Shown here: positions 22,492-34,101 of the stretch, piece by piece
Position numbering within the stretch: the stretch's first letter is position 1
Layout: each line of letters starts with the position of its first letter
Assembly: GCF_000143415.4 (NCBI RefSeq)
Contig: NW_003314348.1
Span: 1 to 64,000, forward strand
Origin: Selaginella moellendorffii
Taxonomy: Eukaryota > Plantae > Lycopodiophyta
Direction: 5' to 3'
DNA length: 64,000 nucleotides
Notes under the pieces: model-generated
What the model saw: only the letters and a program-made list of their open reading frames with translations
The model's database searches: none
Told to the model about the DNA's origin: nothing
Program-made: the position numbers and the translations under genes

Positions 22492-24390
22492 ATGGGCACC
22501 GATCTAGCTCCTCAAATCAAGCTACTCCAGGAGTCTATCGACAGCTTGCACGGCAATGATGACGATTCGCGCATTGTAAGCTTGCTCAAGCAGTGTGGGG
22601 AGTCCAGGGCACTCGCACAGGGGAAGCGGCTGCACGACTATCTTCGCCAGGTTGGCAAGGACACTGAAACTTTTGTTGGAAATTGGATCATCCAGATGTA
22701 TGGAAGGTGCGGTGTCATCCAGGATGCCGCACAGGCATTCGAGAATATCAAGAAAAGGAATCTTTTCTCGTGGAACATCATGCTCGGAGTATATGCCCAG
22801 TCGGGGCATATGCTGGAAGCAAAGATCCTATTTGACAAGATGCCTCAACATAACTTGGTCTCGTGGAATTCGATGATTACAGGTTACGCACAGGCTGGTT
22901 TGTCCGAAGATGTAGGGGTTTCCTATAGAAGCGTTCTTTTGGAGGGATTGAGACCCGATAGGATCAGCTTTGTAGGAGCTCTCCAGTCTTGCTCGTGCCC
23001 AATCGAGGGAAAACGCATCCACTCTCACACAATCCAATCGGGCCTTGAATCCGACATCGTCATCACCACAGCTATTGTTGTTATGTACGGAATGTGTCAC
23101 AATGTTGACGCTGCGAGGCGTTGCTTTGAGATGATTGCCAATCCAGATACTGTGCTGTGTAATGCTCTCATAACGGCATATGCCAGAAATGAGCATCTGG
23201 AGGATGCGGAGCGATTGTTTGGCAGCCTCCGTACAAAGGACGTAGCTTCGTATACCGCAATGGTGACGGGATATGCCGAAAATGGGCATCTGGAAAAGGC
23301 TCGGGACGTTTTTGAGAAAACGCCTCAGAAGAATGTGGTGTCCTGGAATGCCATTTTGGGGGTATATTCCGAGGCTGGGCGCTGCCTTGAGGCACTGGCG
23401 CTATTCGAGAGGATGAAAAGCGATGGCATCTCTCCGAATAGAATCACTTGCATCAGAGTCTTGGACATTTGCGCAAGACTTGGAGCAATCAAGCAGGGAC
23501 GAGAGATTGAATCCTTCGCAATCAAAGCAGGGTTTGCTTTCGACACCGTCTTAAGCAACGCTGTGGTGAACATGTACGGAAAGTGTAAAGATCTCGACAG
23601 CGCGGTGAAAGCGTATAAGAGAATGTCTGTCCTGAACTTGGTTTCGTGGAACTCGCTGCTCGCTGCATATGCCCAAAACGGGCATTGTAAGGAAGCGGTT
23701 CACCACTTCAAGCTCATGGACCTCGAAGGGATCCAGGCCAATGACATCACCTTTAGCACATTTTTCGATGCTTGCGGTGGCTCCAACGCAATCAAAGATG
23801 GGAGGATTGTGCACGAAGAACTGCTCGAAACACACTACTTGCATGAACTCCCCGTGGCGAACTCGTTGGTCTCCATGTACGGAAGCTGCGGTAGCGTCGA
23901 GGACGCAGAGAAAACCTTCTGGGACATGAGATCCAGGAACGTAATCTCGTGGACCGGAATGATAACCGCGTATGCCCAAAACGGGTATAACTCTAAAGCT
24001 CTGGAGATGCTCCACGCAATGAACCTCGAGGGGGTGAGTCCAAACGATATCACCTTCGTGAGCGTTCTCTCCGCTTGTAGCCATGGTGGCTTGTCCAAGC
24101 GCGGCCTGGGATACCTTGCTTCCATGCTCGCAGACTATGGACTCGCTCCAACGATCGATCATTATGTGTGTGCCATCGATGTCGTGGGCCGAAGTGGAGA
24201 AGCGGGAGAAGCTAGCACAATCGCGAAAGCTATGCCGTTTGAGCCAGATCCTGTGGCTTGGACGAGCATCCTAGCGGCTTGTTCCGTCCAGCAAGACGCG
24301 AGCCTGGGAGCAGTAGCAGCGGAGAAGTTTAGAGACTTGGATCCCAAAAACGATGCTTCGTATGTCATGGAGTCCAAGCTATGGTCTTAG
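22492..24390 (+). CDS. PLS-class pentatricopeptide repeat protein with partial E domain (organellar RNA editing factor type), intronless
   Basis: Repeated VSWNxMIxxYAQNG and MYGKCG motifs; C-terminal MPFEPDPVAWTSILAAC; no DYW domain; start could be 22444. Confidence 0.93.
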   Translation: MGTDLAPQIKLLQESIDSLHGNDDDSRIVSLLKQCGESRALAQGKRLHDYLRQVGKDTETFVGNWIIQMYGRCGVIQDAAQAFENIKKRNLFSWNIMLGVYAQSGHMLEAKILFDKMPQHNLVSWNSMITGYAQAGLSEDVGVSYRSVLLEGLRPDRISFVGALQSCSCPIEGKRIHSHTIQSGLESDIVITTAIVVMYGMCHNVDAARRCFEMIANPDTVLCNALITAYARNEHLEDAERLFGSLRTKDVASYTAMVTGYAENGHLEKARDVFEKTPQKNVVSWNAILGVYSEAGRCLEALALFERMKSDGISPNRITCIRVLDICARLGAIKQGREIESFAIKAGFAFDTVLSNAVVNMYGKCKDLDSAVKAYKRMSVLNLVSWNSLLAAYAQNGHCKEAVHHFKLMDLEGIQANDITFSTFFDACGGSNAIKDGRIVHEELLETHYLHELPVANSLVSMYGSCGSVEDAEKTFWDMRSRNVISWTGMITAYAQNGYNSKALEMLHAMNLEGVSPNDITFVSVLSACSHGGLSKRGLGYLASMLADYGLAPTIDHYVCAIDVVGRSGEAGEASTIAKAMPFEPDPVAWTSILAACSVQQDASLGAVAAEKFRDLDPKNDASYVMESKLWS

Positions 24391-24509
24391 CACGTCCAAC
24401 TAGGAAGGAAAATATTGATTAGAACCAAACAAAACGATGGCTGAAATCCAAGGAGTTTTGTTAGCGCTGTCCGTTCATACTCTAAACTTTACCGCATGGC
24501 TATGGAGCT

Positions 24510-25651
24510 TCAAAAAACTTGGGCCGCGGTGTTGAGCTTCTCGGCGAGAGCGAGTTGTGTTCTTGTCAAGTTTGCAAGATAAACGACCAGTAGCAAGTCC
24601 TTGAAAGGAGAAAGGCAAGTGTCAGCGAATGCGAAGGGATTAAACTCTGGGAGAATCAAGTACCTGCATGCTATCGTTGAAGAGCTTGCTGAAGGTGTCT
24701 GGAGAGATCTTGGGCACCATGGAGAGAGTATCGGCCAGGTAGCGACCGACTGTGTTATCTGGTGGGATACGGCCCTCCTGAAAAGTTAATTTATCTCAGA
24801 GATTTCTTCCATTCCAAAGCTCAAAGTTATGCTTACCACGACATCATCCACATACTTGAAGACCGTGTCGATCATGTTTTGCAGCCTTTGCATCGAGGAC
24901 TCCAATCCTTGGAGATCGTTTGGGAGCTTGTCAACGAGTGTTTTCTTCAGGATATCAACTATACCAAGCTTTGAGGTGTCAGTAAAAGGAAAACAAGACA
25001 CGGAGAAGGAACTTACAGCCAACTCTCTCGGCCTCCAAGAGTCGCAGGTCGAGCTGGACCTCATGGAACTGTGCCGCAAGCGGACGCTCGCCGAGAGTTA
25101 ACACCGTGGAAACATAAGCTTTGATGTTTGCGGCGTCATCGCTGAAAGTTGTGTCGACAGTGAGGTGAATGGGATTGGAGGTCTCTCTGGCGTAGAAATC
25201 CTGGATCAAGGCATCGCTTCCAGTTACTCCAGGGCTTGTTGAGTACCTTAAGAGAATCCATTTCTTACTTAAATCACAGAGAGAGTTTGAGCAACTTACC
25301 ATCCGATGATAACTTCTTTGGGATTCACTCGCTGATGAAGCTCAAACATCGACCTATGATAATCGATGTCCACAGCCACCTGCATTGGAAACCCGATTTA
25401 CACGAAATCCACTTCCAGGATCAAATACCGACCTGATCAGACGACTCGTTGTGCGGAACAGCATAAGAATTGCGAATATCGATCGTTCCATCGCTGGAAA
25501 TCGACCCCAGCAGCGTCCCAATCACCCGATCTTGCTGATCGTTGCGGCGAATGTAGGAATCGCAGATGTTGAAGAGGACCGTCGGATGGAGCTTGGCAAC
25601 GACCGCCGTCGGCCCGGAGGGCATGTGAAGCACCGTGCTCCCGATCGCCAT
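24510..25651 (-). CDS. EIF3F: Eukaryotic translation initiation factor 3 subunit F (MPN domain), multi-exon
   Basis: LHPTVLFNICDSYIRR..RVIGTLLG..RNSYAVPHNES; NPIHLTVDT; ends AEKLNTAAQVF*. Confidence 0.93.
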
Positions 25652-26128
25652 CGCCCCGCCCTGCCGCAAGAAACCAAGAACCCTAGAAATCCCCTAGAAC
25701 AAGGTCGGTCCGGCGTTCGATACCGCTTGGCAACAGCCCTACTTTTCCCGCCATACGGACCACTTTATTTTAAGTTTTTTCCACGTCGGCGTTTGCCTAT
25801 ACTCAAGATCAAAACTATTTGTTTCGCGCACTCCCCTGGTGATTCTTCCAATGCTACCTATGTGTGGCCCCAAGACTGCCGCTTGGCGCTTTGTGTTCTA
25901 GCGTTTCTAGGGCGGCAGGGCAAGGCGCAGCGGCGCTACGGCGCAAGCCAAATGCGCTGGGAATCGGCGGGTTGCGCTTGGATGTGATCGCTTGGCGTTG
26001 GATCGGCTGTCGATCGGCTCGCGCTTGAGGTATTTTGTACTTCCTTTCCATATTCCGGAACCCCATCTCTGAAATTATACTTCCTCCATCGCAGTTTTGA
26101 TCCGAGAAGCATGGCGTAGGATCGATCT

Positions 26129-27257
26129 ATGAGAGTCGGATTGGGTCAAACAGGAATCGACTTGCTGCGTAAAGCGATGAGGTGGCTCTTTGGTTGCTTC
26201 AGCAGTCGCAAAGAGAGACCAAATCGACAAAAGAAGGTGGATTGGTGGATTGGTACTGATTTTCTTTGTATTGTTTCACGGCGGTTCTTGCAGCGTGTGA
26301 AGCTTTTTGCGACTGCGTGTCAAGCTCTCCTACAGAAAGGTAGGAGACTATATGTTTTGTTTTTGCGATTTAAATGGTTTGTTCCATCGACAGCTTCAAG
26401 CCGGCCTGACAAGGCACAAGTACTTCCGGACTCTGGATTGGAAAATGACGAGAAAGGAATATCCCGACGGCGTGATCCAGAGGTAAGTTGATTCATCTCT
26501 TTTCTCAACTCCAGTTTATCTCAAAGGCTTCAGTTTTTTCACTCCATCTATTTTTCACTTGCAACAGCTGATCAAGGCACGCGATAAATTGCGAGCTCAC
26601 GATGATCCTGAGTAAGTGCGACTGCTATGTTGACAACTTCACGTAACTCATCTGACGCTGGTTAAATGGATTTGGCATGATGGAACTTCAAGAGCCGGCT
26701 TACCACGTGAAGATCATAACAAGGAAGCGTTTCATAGCGCAGCTCACGAGGGCGACGGAGACCTTTCAGTACCGGCAGAGTCGAGCATTCATGGCAAGGA
26801 CTCCCGTGACGATTATCTCAGCATCGACTCGGTTTTCCCGGCCTCTTTATTCTCGGACGAGAGGTTTGGCTCCTCGGAGGGCGATTTTTCTATTTGCAAA
26901 CCCGCTCCTCGCAGCTTCAAAAAGACCGAGGTCTCAGAGGACTCCACCTCCCTCTCGAGCGAAACCAGGAGCACGCAAACGCAGATGAGCTTTGATGAGA
27001 AGCCGATCATGGGTCTGGTTGCGACCGACTGGCTCGAGCCGGACACTTCGGAAGTAAAGTCTTACAAGGCGTGGGATGGGAAAGGGATCCCAAACTCCCC
27101 CTCCAAATACAAGGAGGTGAGTGAGGACTTTCTCAGCAAAATCTAACGCGATGTGTGATGTATATCTTTGCAGGATCAGACGATAAACTTCCAAACGATG
27201 TCGTTTGAGGCACGGCTTGAGCGTGCACTGGCTGCTCAGAGCGTGATGGAACACTGA
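26129..27257 (+). CDS. JAS: JASON-like protein, multi-exon; second in-frame ATG at 26177
   Basis: N-terminal LFGCF; C-terminal KPIMG..WDGKGIPNSPSKYKEDQ..FEARLERAL matches the JASON C-terminal signature. Confidence 0.8.
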
Positions 27258-27502
27258 GTAAGCCTGGAATACATAATGTAAACTTAGAGCTAATGTTCCA
27301 GCTCTTGTTTTTTAATGGTGTTTATAACTAAAGATGAAAAAAAGGGGAAAAAAACTAACTAAAAACAGAAAGAAGGGTTAGGCCGTTTTTAAAAACGGAA
27401 GCGATACCCAAGAATATGCTCTGCGAAGCCCTAAAATTACTCACTTTGTATGCCACGTGGCAATTTATATACTAGTTTTGAGGTTTAGGGTTAGGTCTGT
27501 TG

Positions 27503-27511
27503 TTAGGGTTT
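27503..27511 (-). promoter_or_regulatory. Telo-box (AAACCCTAA) upstream of RPL12; palindromic G-box GCCACGTGGC at ~27452
   Basis: TTAGGGTTT on plus; telo-boxes are typical of plant translation-machinery promoters. Confidence 0.6.
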
Positions 27512-27544
27512 AGGAGCTTTAGCGCAGCCGCCGCCGCCGCCGCC

Positions 27545-28045
27545 ATGGCTCCCAAGCTCGATCCATCGCAGGTAGTGGAGGTGTTCGTCCGCGTCACGGG
27601 AGGCGAGGTAGGCGCTGCGTCGTCGCTGGCCCCAAAGATCGGCCCCCTGGGTCTCTCACCCAAGAAAGTAGGAGAGGACATCGCCAAGGAGACGGTCAAG
27701 GACTGGAAGGGGCTGCGCATTACCGTGAAGCTCATCGTCCAGAACAGGCAAGCCAAGGTGGAGGTTGTGCCCAGCGCCGCCGCGCTCGTGATCAAGGCGC
27801 TGAAAGAGCCGGAGAGAGATCGCAAGAAGGTGAAGAACATCAAGCACAGCGGCAATATCTCGCTCGAGGACGTGATCGACATCGCCAAGATCATGAAGCA
27901 CAGGTCCATGGCCAAGGAGTTCAAGGGGACCGTGAAGGAGATCCTTGGGACGTGCGTCGCGGTGGGGTGTACCGTGGATGGGAAGAGCCCCAAGGACCTG
28001 CAAACGGAGATCGACGAGGGCGAGGTGGACATCGCCGAGGCTTGA
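27545..28045 (+). CDS. RPL12: 60S ribosomal protein L12 (uL11), intronless
   Basis: [41 protein letters not shown]... Confidence 0.98.
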   Translation: MAPKLDPSQVVEVFVRVTGGEVGAASSLAPKIGPLGLSPKKVGEDIAKETVKDWKGLRITVKLIVQNRQAKVEVVPSAAALVIKALKEPERDRKKVKNIKHSGNISLEDVIDIAKIMKHRSMAKEFKGTVKEILGTCVAVGCTVDGKSPKDLQTEIDEGEVDIAEA

Positions 28046-28585
28046 GAGGGAAGGATTATATGCTACTTGTGTGGATGTTCTTTTTTGGTATGTTTGAATC
28101 AATGGAGGCGAACTTTAACCTTTGTTTCAGTGGTGTTCTTGCGATCAAGGATAGAAAGTAAACATTGGGGCTTTTGGAAGAAGATCATTGTATCGGAAGG
28201 ATTGATGGGCAAAAACTTGTGAGAGATTGATCCTTTTATTCCTGCTTGAATAGCGCGTATGAAAACCATTGGACGAGTAGAGTTTCGAAGATGCTTTCAG
28301 CAGCTTTGCTTTTGTCCTTGTCATTGATGTTGCGAGACTTTCCATCGACCATTCTTTCGTCGCAAACCTTCTCGCTCGTTCGAATAGCTCGTTTTCGCAG
28401 CGAATCCATTACAATACCTATGCCAAACCTTCCCAAAGACCTACCTTATATAGGAAAGTGGAAAAGGTATTGTTCGTCGAATATCCTAAAATGGTCAGTG
28501 ACTATTTGTAGAATATTCTTAAATTTTAGTGATTATTCGTGGAATCCTTGAAGTTTCCGGTAAACCCTAATCCACGAACGGGGTC

Positions 28586-29120
28586 ATGGTCGCTACTCCT
28601 CCTTCCTCCTGGATCCTCCTCCCTCTCATCGCCATCGCCGCCACATTGTACGCGCTGCTCTTCTCGACCATCGCACCGCCGGCGCGTGGGATCCAGGAGC
28701 TCGCCGTGGACGCCAATGCGGCGCCTTCTTGCGATTACTCGGCGGGGACGTGGGTGTTGGATCCCTCACGGCAGCCTTCCTACTCGGAAGACTGCCCCTT
28801 CCACAGGAATGCGTGGAATTGCCAGAGGAGCCGGCGGCCGGGAATGGAGAGGATCTCGGCGTGGCGATGGATTCCCAGGCAATGCGAGCTCCCGGCTGTG
28901 GATCCCGCGGGATTCCTGGCCGCGATGAGAGGCCGGCGATTAGGGTTCGTGGGGGACTCGCTCAACGAGAATTTCCTCGTTTCTTTGCTCTGCGTGTTGC
29001 GCCGCGGCGATCCCACGGCGCGCAAGTGGAAGCGCAAGGGCGCGTGGAGGGGAGCGTTCTTTCCTTCTTTCAACGTCACCATTGGCTATCATAGAGCTGT
29101 CCTTCTAGCTCAATACCGCG

Positions 29121-29151
<31 letters not shown>

Positions 29152-30136
29152 ATAAGCTTAGGCACTTATGGAGAGCTCTCGTATAGAGAAGGCTCATCTC
29201 TCTCATAGATCATAGAGCATAGAAGATCATAGAGAGCTCATCTCTCATAGATCATAGAAAGAGCTCGCTTATAGAGTAAGCTCTCCCTCTTATAGGCAAC
29301 TCGCTTTGCTTGTTTCCAATGTTGCCGTTTGTCATGCTTTTGTTTGTTCCTTTTCTTTCTTTTCTTGTAGGAAGGCTACAGCCAAGTGATCTTCCAGGGC
29401 CACTCAAGAACACCAAGCTAAAGAAGGCGTTTCGGGTGGACGTTGACGTGCCTGCTCCAGACTGGGCCAATGTTCTCAGCTTCTACGACGTGTTTATCTT
29501 CAACACGGGGCACTGGTGAGAATCTCTTGCAGCAGCAAAAAATTCTGATTTGATTGCCCAGGTGGAGCCGAGACAAGTTTCCAGATGACGAGCCTCTAGT
29601 TTTCTACAGGAGAGGCAAACCAATCCTGCCACCTTTGGGAATGAGAGAGGGCCTTTCGGCAGTGCTGCGTCATATGGTTCCACGCATCGAAGCCGCGCTG
29701 CCATCCACCGCTCTGGCGCTCTGGAGGCTCCAGTCCCCGCGGCATTTCGAAGGTGGCGAGTGGAATCAGAACGGGAGCTGTATGTCCGAGACGCTGTTGT
29801 CCGATCAAGAGGTGCATGCTTCCTTCCATTTCCTTCCATTCTAACAAGAGTTTGCAGCGGGAGAGATGGTTTAGCAGTGGAACAAACAGCGAAGCACGCG
29901 AGATCAACACGCTCATCCAAGAAGTTCTCCAAACGAGCCAAAAGTTTCGGGTGCTAAACATCACACCTCTGAGCGAATACCGACGAGACGCTCACCCCGC
30001 GATCTGGCTGGGACGAAAAGACGCGCACTTGACGTGGGGGCAGGACTGCTTGCACTGGTGCCTCCCGGGGCTCCCAGACACCTGGGTCGATATCCTTTGC
30101 GAAATCATCCTTGGATTCTTCCATTCCAGAGCTTAA
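28586..30136 (+). CDS. Trichome birefringence-like (TBL/DUF231) O-acetyltransferase, multi-exon
   Basis: N-terminal TM segment, CDYSAGTWV, FVGDSL, FNTGHW, DCLHWCLPGLPDTW. Confidence 0.93.
29126..29151. repeat. (CT)n microsatellite in TBL intron 1
   Basis: Direct reading. Confidence 0.9.
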
Positions 30137-30291
30137 GAAAAAAAAAATTAAAAAATACTTTGTAGCATTTTCTCTTGCGAGAAAATCTCTTTGCCTTGTC
30201 TCTAAACGTTCCTCTTCCTCCAGGAACTTCGGTAAAAGAACTGGCTATGAACAGAAAGAATATGGCGTCAATGTATGTACATGGAAGACTT

Positions 30292-32340
30292 CTACCTCCT
30301 GGTTCTGGAGCTTGACGCGAAGAGCTTCAACTTTTGGGACATGGGAGTGGCGCTCCGCTGCCTCTGCTTTCGTTTCCTCCGGGTCTCCCCCCACCTCACC
30401 AGCCAAGGCAGCGCCGCTCCACCGCCGCCAGGACTCGCCGCCGCCGCCGCCGCGCTCGAGGATCGCCGGGACGCCTTGCTGGGACTAGAGTAGTGATCCA
30501 GCGTCGACACTGGGCTCGTCATCCTCGAGTTGGAGGAGCCTTCCAAGCGTGAGATGTTGCAAAACTTTCCACTCCGCCGGCTAGCGTTGGTCGACGGATC
30601 CACCCGCGAGCCACCGCCAGCGCTGGTCGCGCCGTCGCTGGACCGCAGCAACCCGCTCATGATCTGCCAGTCCTCCGTGATCTCCTGCCTCGACAGCGAC
30701 GTGATGCTCGGCAGCGTGTCGTTTCGAAAGTCCCGCTGCTTCTTGCTCGACCTCGTTGGCCTTCCCGTGCTGGTGGTGGAAGGTTTGGTGTTGTGTCCGC
30801 TTCTGGCCACCGGTTCCTGTTCCACTCGGCTCACTGGTACGTGCTCCGACTCGTCGATGGCTTTAAGTTGGAGTGTGGCGCATTCGAAGTGATCGATCTC
30901 CGGAGAGCTTTCTCCGCCGTCTTCTTCTACGTCCATTCCAACGCCGGCTTCAGCTGGTATGGCGTCCGCAAACCACGCAACGGAGTCCTTCAGCGAGGGA
31001 CTGGATTCCTTCCGTTTGCAGGGTGTCTTGTCCAGCGTGAGGCTGAGTAGAATTGAAGCTGCAAGGCTTGCAACTTCATCTTCACTGATTTTCTCTTCGG
31101 CAGCTTTATCCTTCTCTGGCGGCCGAGCCTGACTGCCTGTGAGATTCCCGTTTCCACCCGAGGATGCGTTTGCCCAGTAGGAGTTTTGTTGTCCTTCAAA
31201 GACTGTGAACATGGTTTCTACTTTGCATGCCGCCTTCGTGCCTATCGTATCCCTGTAAGTATTTCCTCCAACTATGCCATTTGAATCCTTTTTCACACCA
31301 GGGATCGTCACGTAATAGTTCAAACCCATGGTGTTCTCGTACCCGTTCTTAAGCTGACCATTTCTATCTGCTTGTTGCTGTGAGCTATCTGCGTACCGTT
31401 TTGTAGCCAACGAAAACAAGCTACCAGATGAACCATTTACGAGCCCATCCCACGTTACTGGTAAATGAGAAGCAGCTAGCCCGTTAAAATATGCTGTTCC
31501 AGACACCTGCCATGGATGGGGAGTAGCATGCATGTTTTGTTGCATGCCGCCTGCTTGCTGATGCCCATACCATAAACCTGTTCGACCATCCTGCTCTCGG
31601 CTTGAGACTACTGCTGGCGTTGGAAAATCTGTGCTAGCGAACCGTCCAGAAGAATTTTTTGAATCTTCCCAACCATGAAGTGGAGCCTGTGCAAACCCAT
31701 TTGGCATTTGGAGCTGAAAAAATCCGGAGGTGGCCGAAGCTTGGTTATTGTTTCCGATTCCCTGAAGCAATCGAAACTTATAAGCACATAAGTAGGCGTA
31801 GCAAAAGCTTAGATTTACCTCGAGAAGCCATTGTTGATGATTTTTCTGCAAGCACGTCGCCTGCCTTTCTTTTTGGCCGACGGAGAAACTTTGCACATGA
31901 CTTTTCATGTCTGAATAGTCCAGCCTCGGTCGTTTCATCGAGCCGCAGTGCAAGAACAGCTCTAAATCGCAATTGACGTCTGTTGGACAAGGCTTTAGAT
32001 CCAATTCCTGATCCACATTTTCGTCGGGAAGCTTTTCCAGGTCAAAGCCTTTCGGGAATCCTGTTTTGGTCGGCTCCTCTTTCAGAGGGAAAAACTGGTG
32101 ATGCTGAGGAGGATTCCCATTTGGGCTGCTAAGATTTGTGGCACCCAGTTCGTCCATCATTGATTTCTGCACCTCGTACAGGTAATGAAGTGCTTGGACC
32201 TGAAAAGATTAAAAAAATTAGCGAAAACCAACGCGGAAAAAAAAAAAAAAAAATTTGACCTGTTCTCTGTAGATTTTCTCCTGCCTTAACATTGTCTCTC
32301 GGACGAGCATGCACTCGACGGAACTTAGATGACCCTCCAT
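30292..32340 (-). CDS. DUF863 family plant protein, multi-exon
   Basis: Spliced N-terminus VRETMLRQEKIYREQ|VQALHYLYEVQK; C-terminal AWFADAI, RDFRNDTLPSITSLSRQEITED, WGETRRKR. Confidence 0.85.
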
Positions 32341-33214
32341 GTTCTATCTACTCGTGAATCATCCTGGAACAAGGAAGAGAACGCATCCTTTAGTCACATT
32401 GCAATGCTTCTCGAGCGAGAAAGAGAGAGAGAGATAGAGAGATTTTCGAACGCATTCAATGCCAGAATTTAGAGAATGCGACAGCTAATGCTAAGCCAGG
32501 CACCAGAAAAACAAAGAATCGTCTTCCACACCCCACATCCAGACACGCAAGAACACAAAACTCTCACACACGCACACACACACACCTGATAATTCCTTCC
32601 CCACGGCTCCCAAATTCTCCTCCCCGGCCCTAGCAATATCTCCCTAGACAGCTCAAGAACCTGGTCTTTCCACCGCGCCGCGCCGAAATATCCTTCGATC
32701 TGTGCCGACGCCGCGCGATAGAGCGCCTGGAGCGCGAGAATCGCAGAGGAGAGATCAGCCGCCGAGCGCTGGCCGCCGCGATTGAGCCGCGCCGCGAGCG
32801 TCGCGCGAGGAGGCGAGCTCCGCCATAGCCGCTAGGCTTTTGGCCTTCTTGCTTGAGAAGCAAAATACCTATACTTACACTCACACACACAAAAGAGTAG
32901 TAGTCTCGCCAGCATCCAACAGAATGAATGATTCTGACAAAGGGGCGCATCACAAGGGGATTAAACTAAGGCACTTTACGTGCTTTTTTAACCATGGGGC
33001 GAAACTTTTCTTCCCTCGCATTTTTCTATTCTAGGGATTTTACCTGCTACGCCAAGTACAAGGGAATATTACGCGGCGATGCCCCATGTATACTACACGT
33101 GCATGGAATCACTGACAGGTGATTGGCCGGCGTCACGAGTGACGGGTGGGGGTTTGGAACTGACGGCCTCGCGAGTTTTCCTCTGACGGGCCAGACGACC
33201 CTTGGAGAAAACCA

Positions 33215-33746
33215 ACCTTCCCATGTTCGAATCTCACGAGGTTATTTTTCTTTGGTGGCTTTGACAAGGAATATAAGAGAAATATTCATGCTTCTGTCTT
33301 CTCTCATGAGCTTCGAAACTGGAAAAGAAGCTCGATAGAGATTGTGTGACTGACCAAACAAAAAACTCTATAGGCATAGCAGTAAACAAAACTTCATGAT
33401 CTCGGCCATCTCGCGGCCACCTCGGACTCAGTTCATCATCGCGATAGCGATAGCTCGTCCATGGCCGCCTATCCTTTTTCCTCGTTTTCTCACCGTTTTA
33501 GCGAAAATGCTCTCGTCCTCGCGAAATGCCGCGTAGCGTGAGGATGCCGTCTAAAGACTTAGTCATCTCGGTCACCACGTCCACCACAGAAGCCACCACT
33601 GGGTCACTGTAACCACTCATCCACCCCGGAAGCTATACTGTCAAGTCCACCTCGAGGTCCAAACCGGCCACCTTGCCGTTAAAATCGTCGCCATTGTCGA
33701 ATCTGCCACGGGCGGGCACCTCCTCGTCGACGGACCAGACCACCCC
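33215..33746 (-). pseudogene. Decayed partial duplicate of the 3' end (RGG tail and 3' UTR) of the neighbouring OZ/VAR3-like gene
   Basis: 33215-33310 matches 33946-34040; 33560-33746 is a frameshifted match to ~34300-34710. Confidence 0.75.
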
Positions 33747-34101
33747 GAGGCTTATAATTAATCTAGATTTTCCCTGGATCAAGTCCTCAAGGATTCTCTG
33801 ATAATTCCCTTGAATGGCTACTCATCCTTTCCACAATGCCACATTCCTCCCCGTGGCACGAACTTGTCGATTAATAAAGTATTAGATAACTAATTAATTA
33901 AAAAGTGAGGTTTAGACTTTTAAGCTAGATTTAATATAGGAGGAAACCTTCCCATGTTCGAATCCTGCTAGGTTCTGTTGTTTTTTCGTGCTTTGACAAG
34001 GAATATAAGAGAAATATTCATACTTCTCTTCTCTCATGTAGAGATCGTCAAACGAAAAACTCTATAGAAACTTACGCACCAACGCCATCGCCTTCTTCTC
34101 T

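Noticed and set aside
27472-28102. Antisense ORFs over RPL12 (and similar ones over OZ, NRL, CLASP)
   Set aside because: Shadow frames from GC3-rich codon usage.
33950-33970. GTTCGAATCC read as a tRNA T-loop (also near 33226)
   Set aside because: No T-stem, A-box or cloverleaf; lies in a duplicated 3' UTR.
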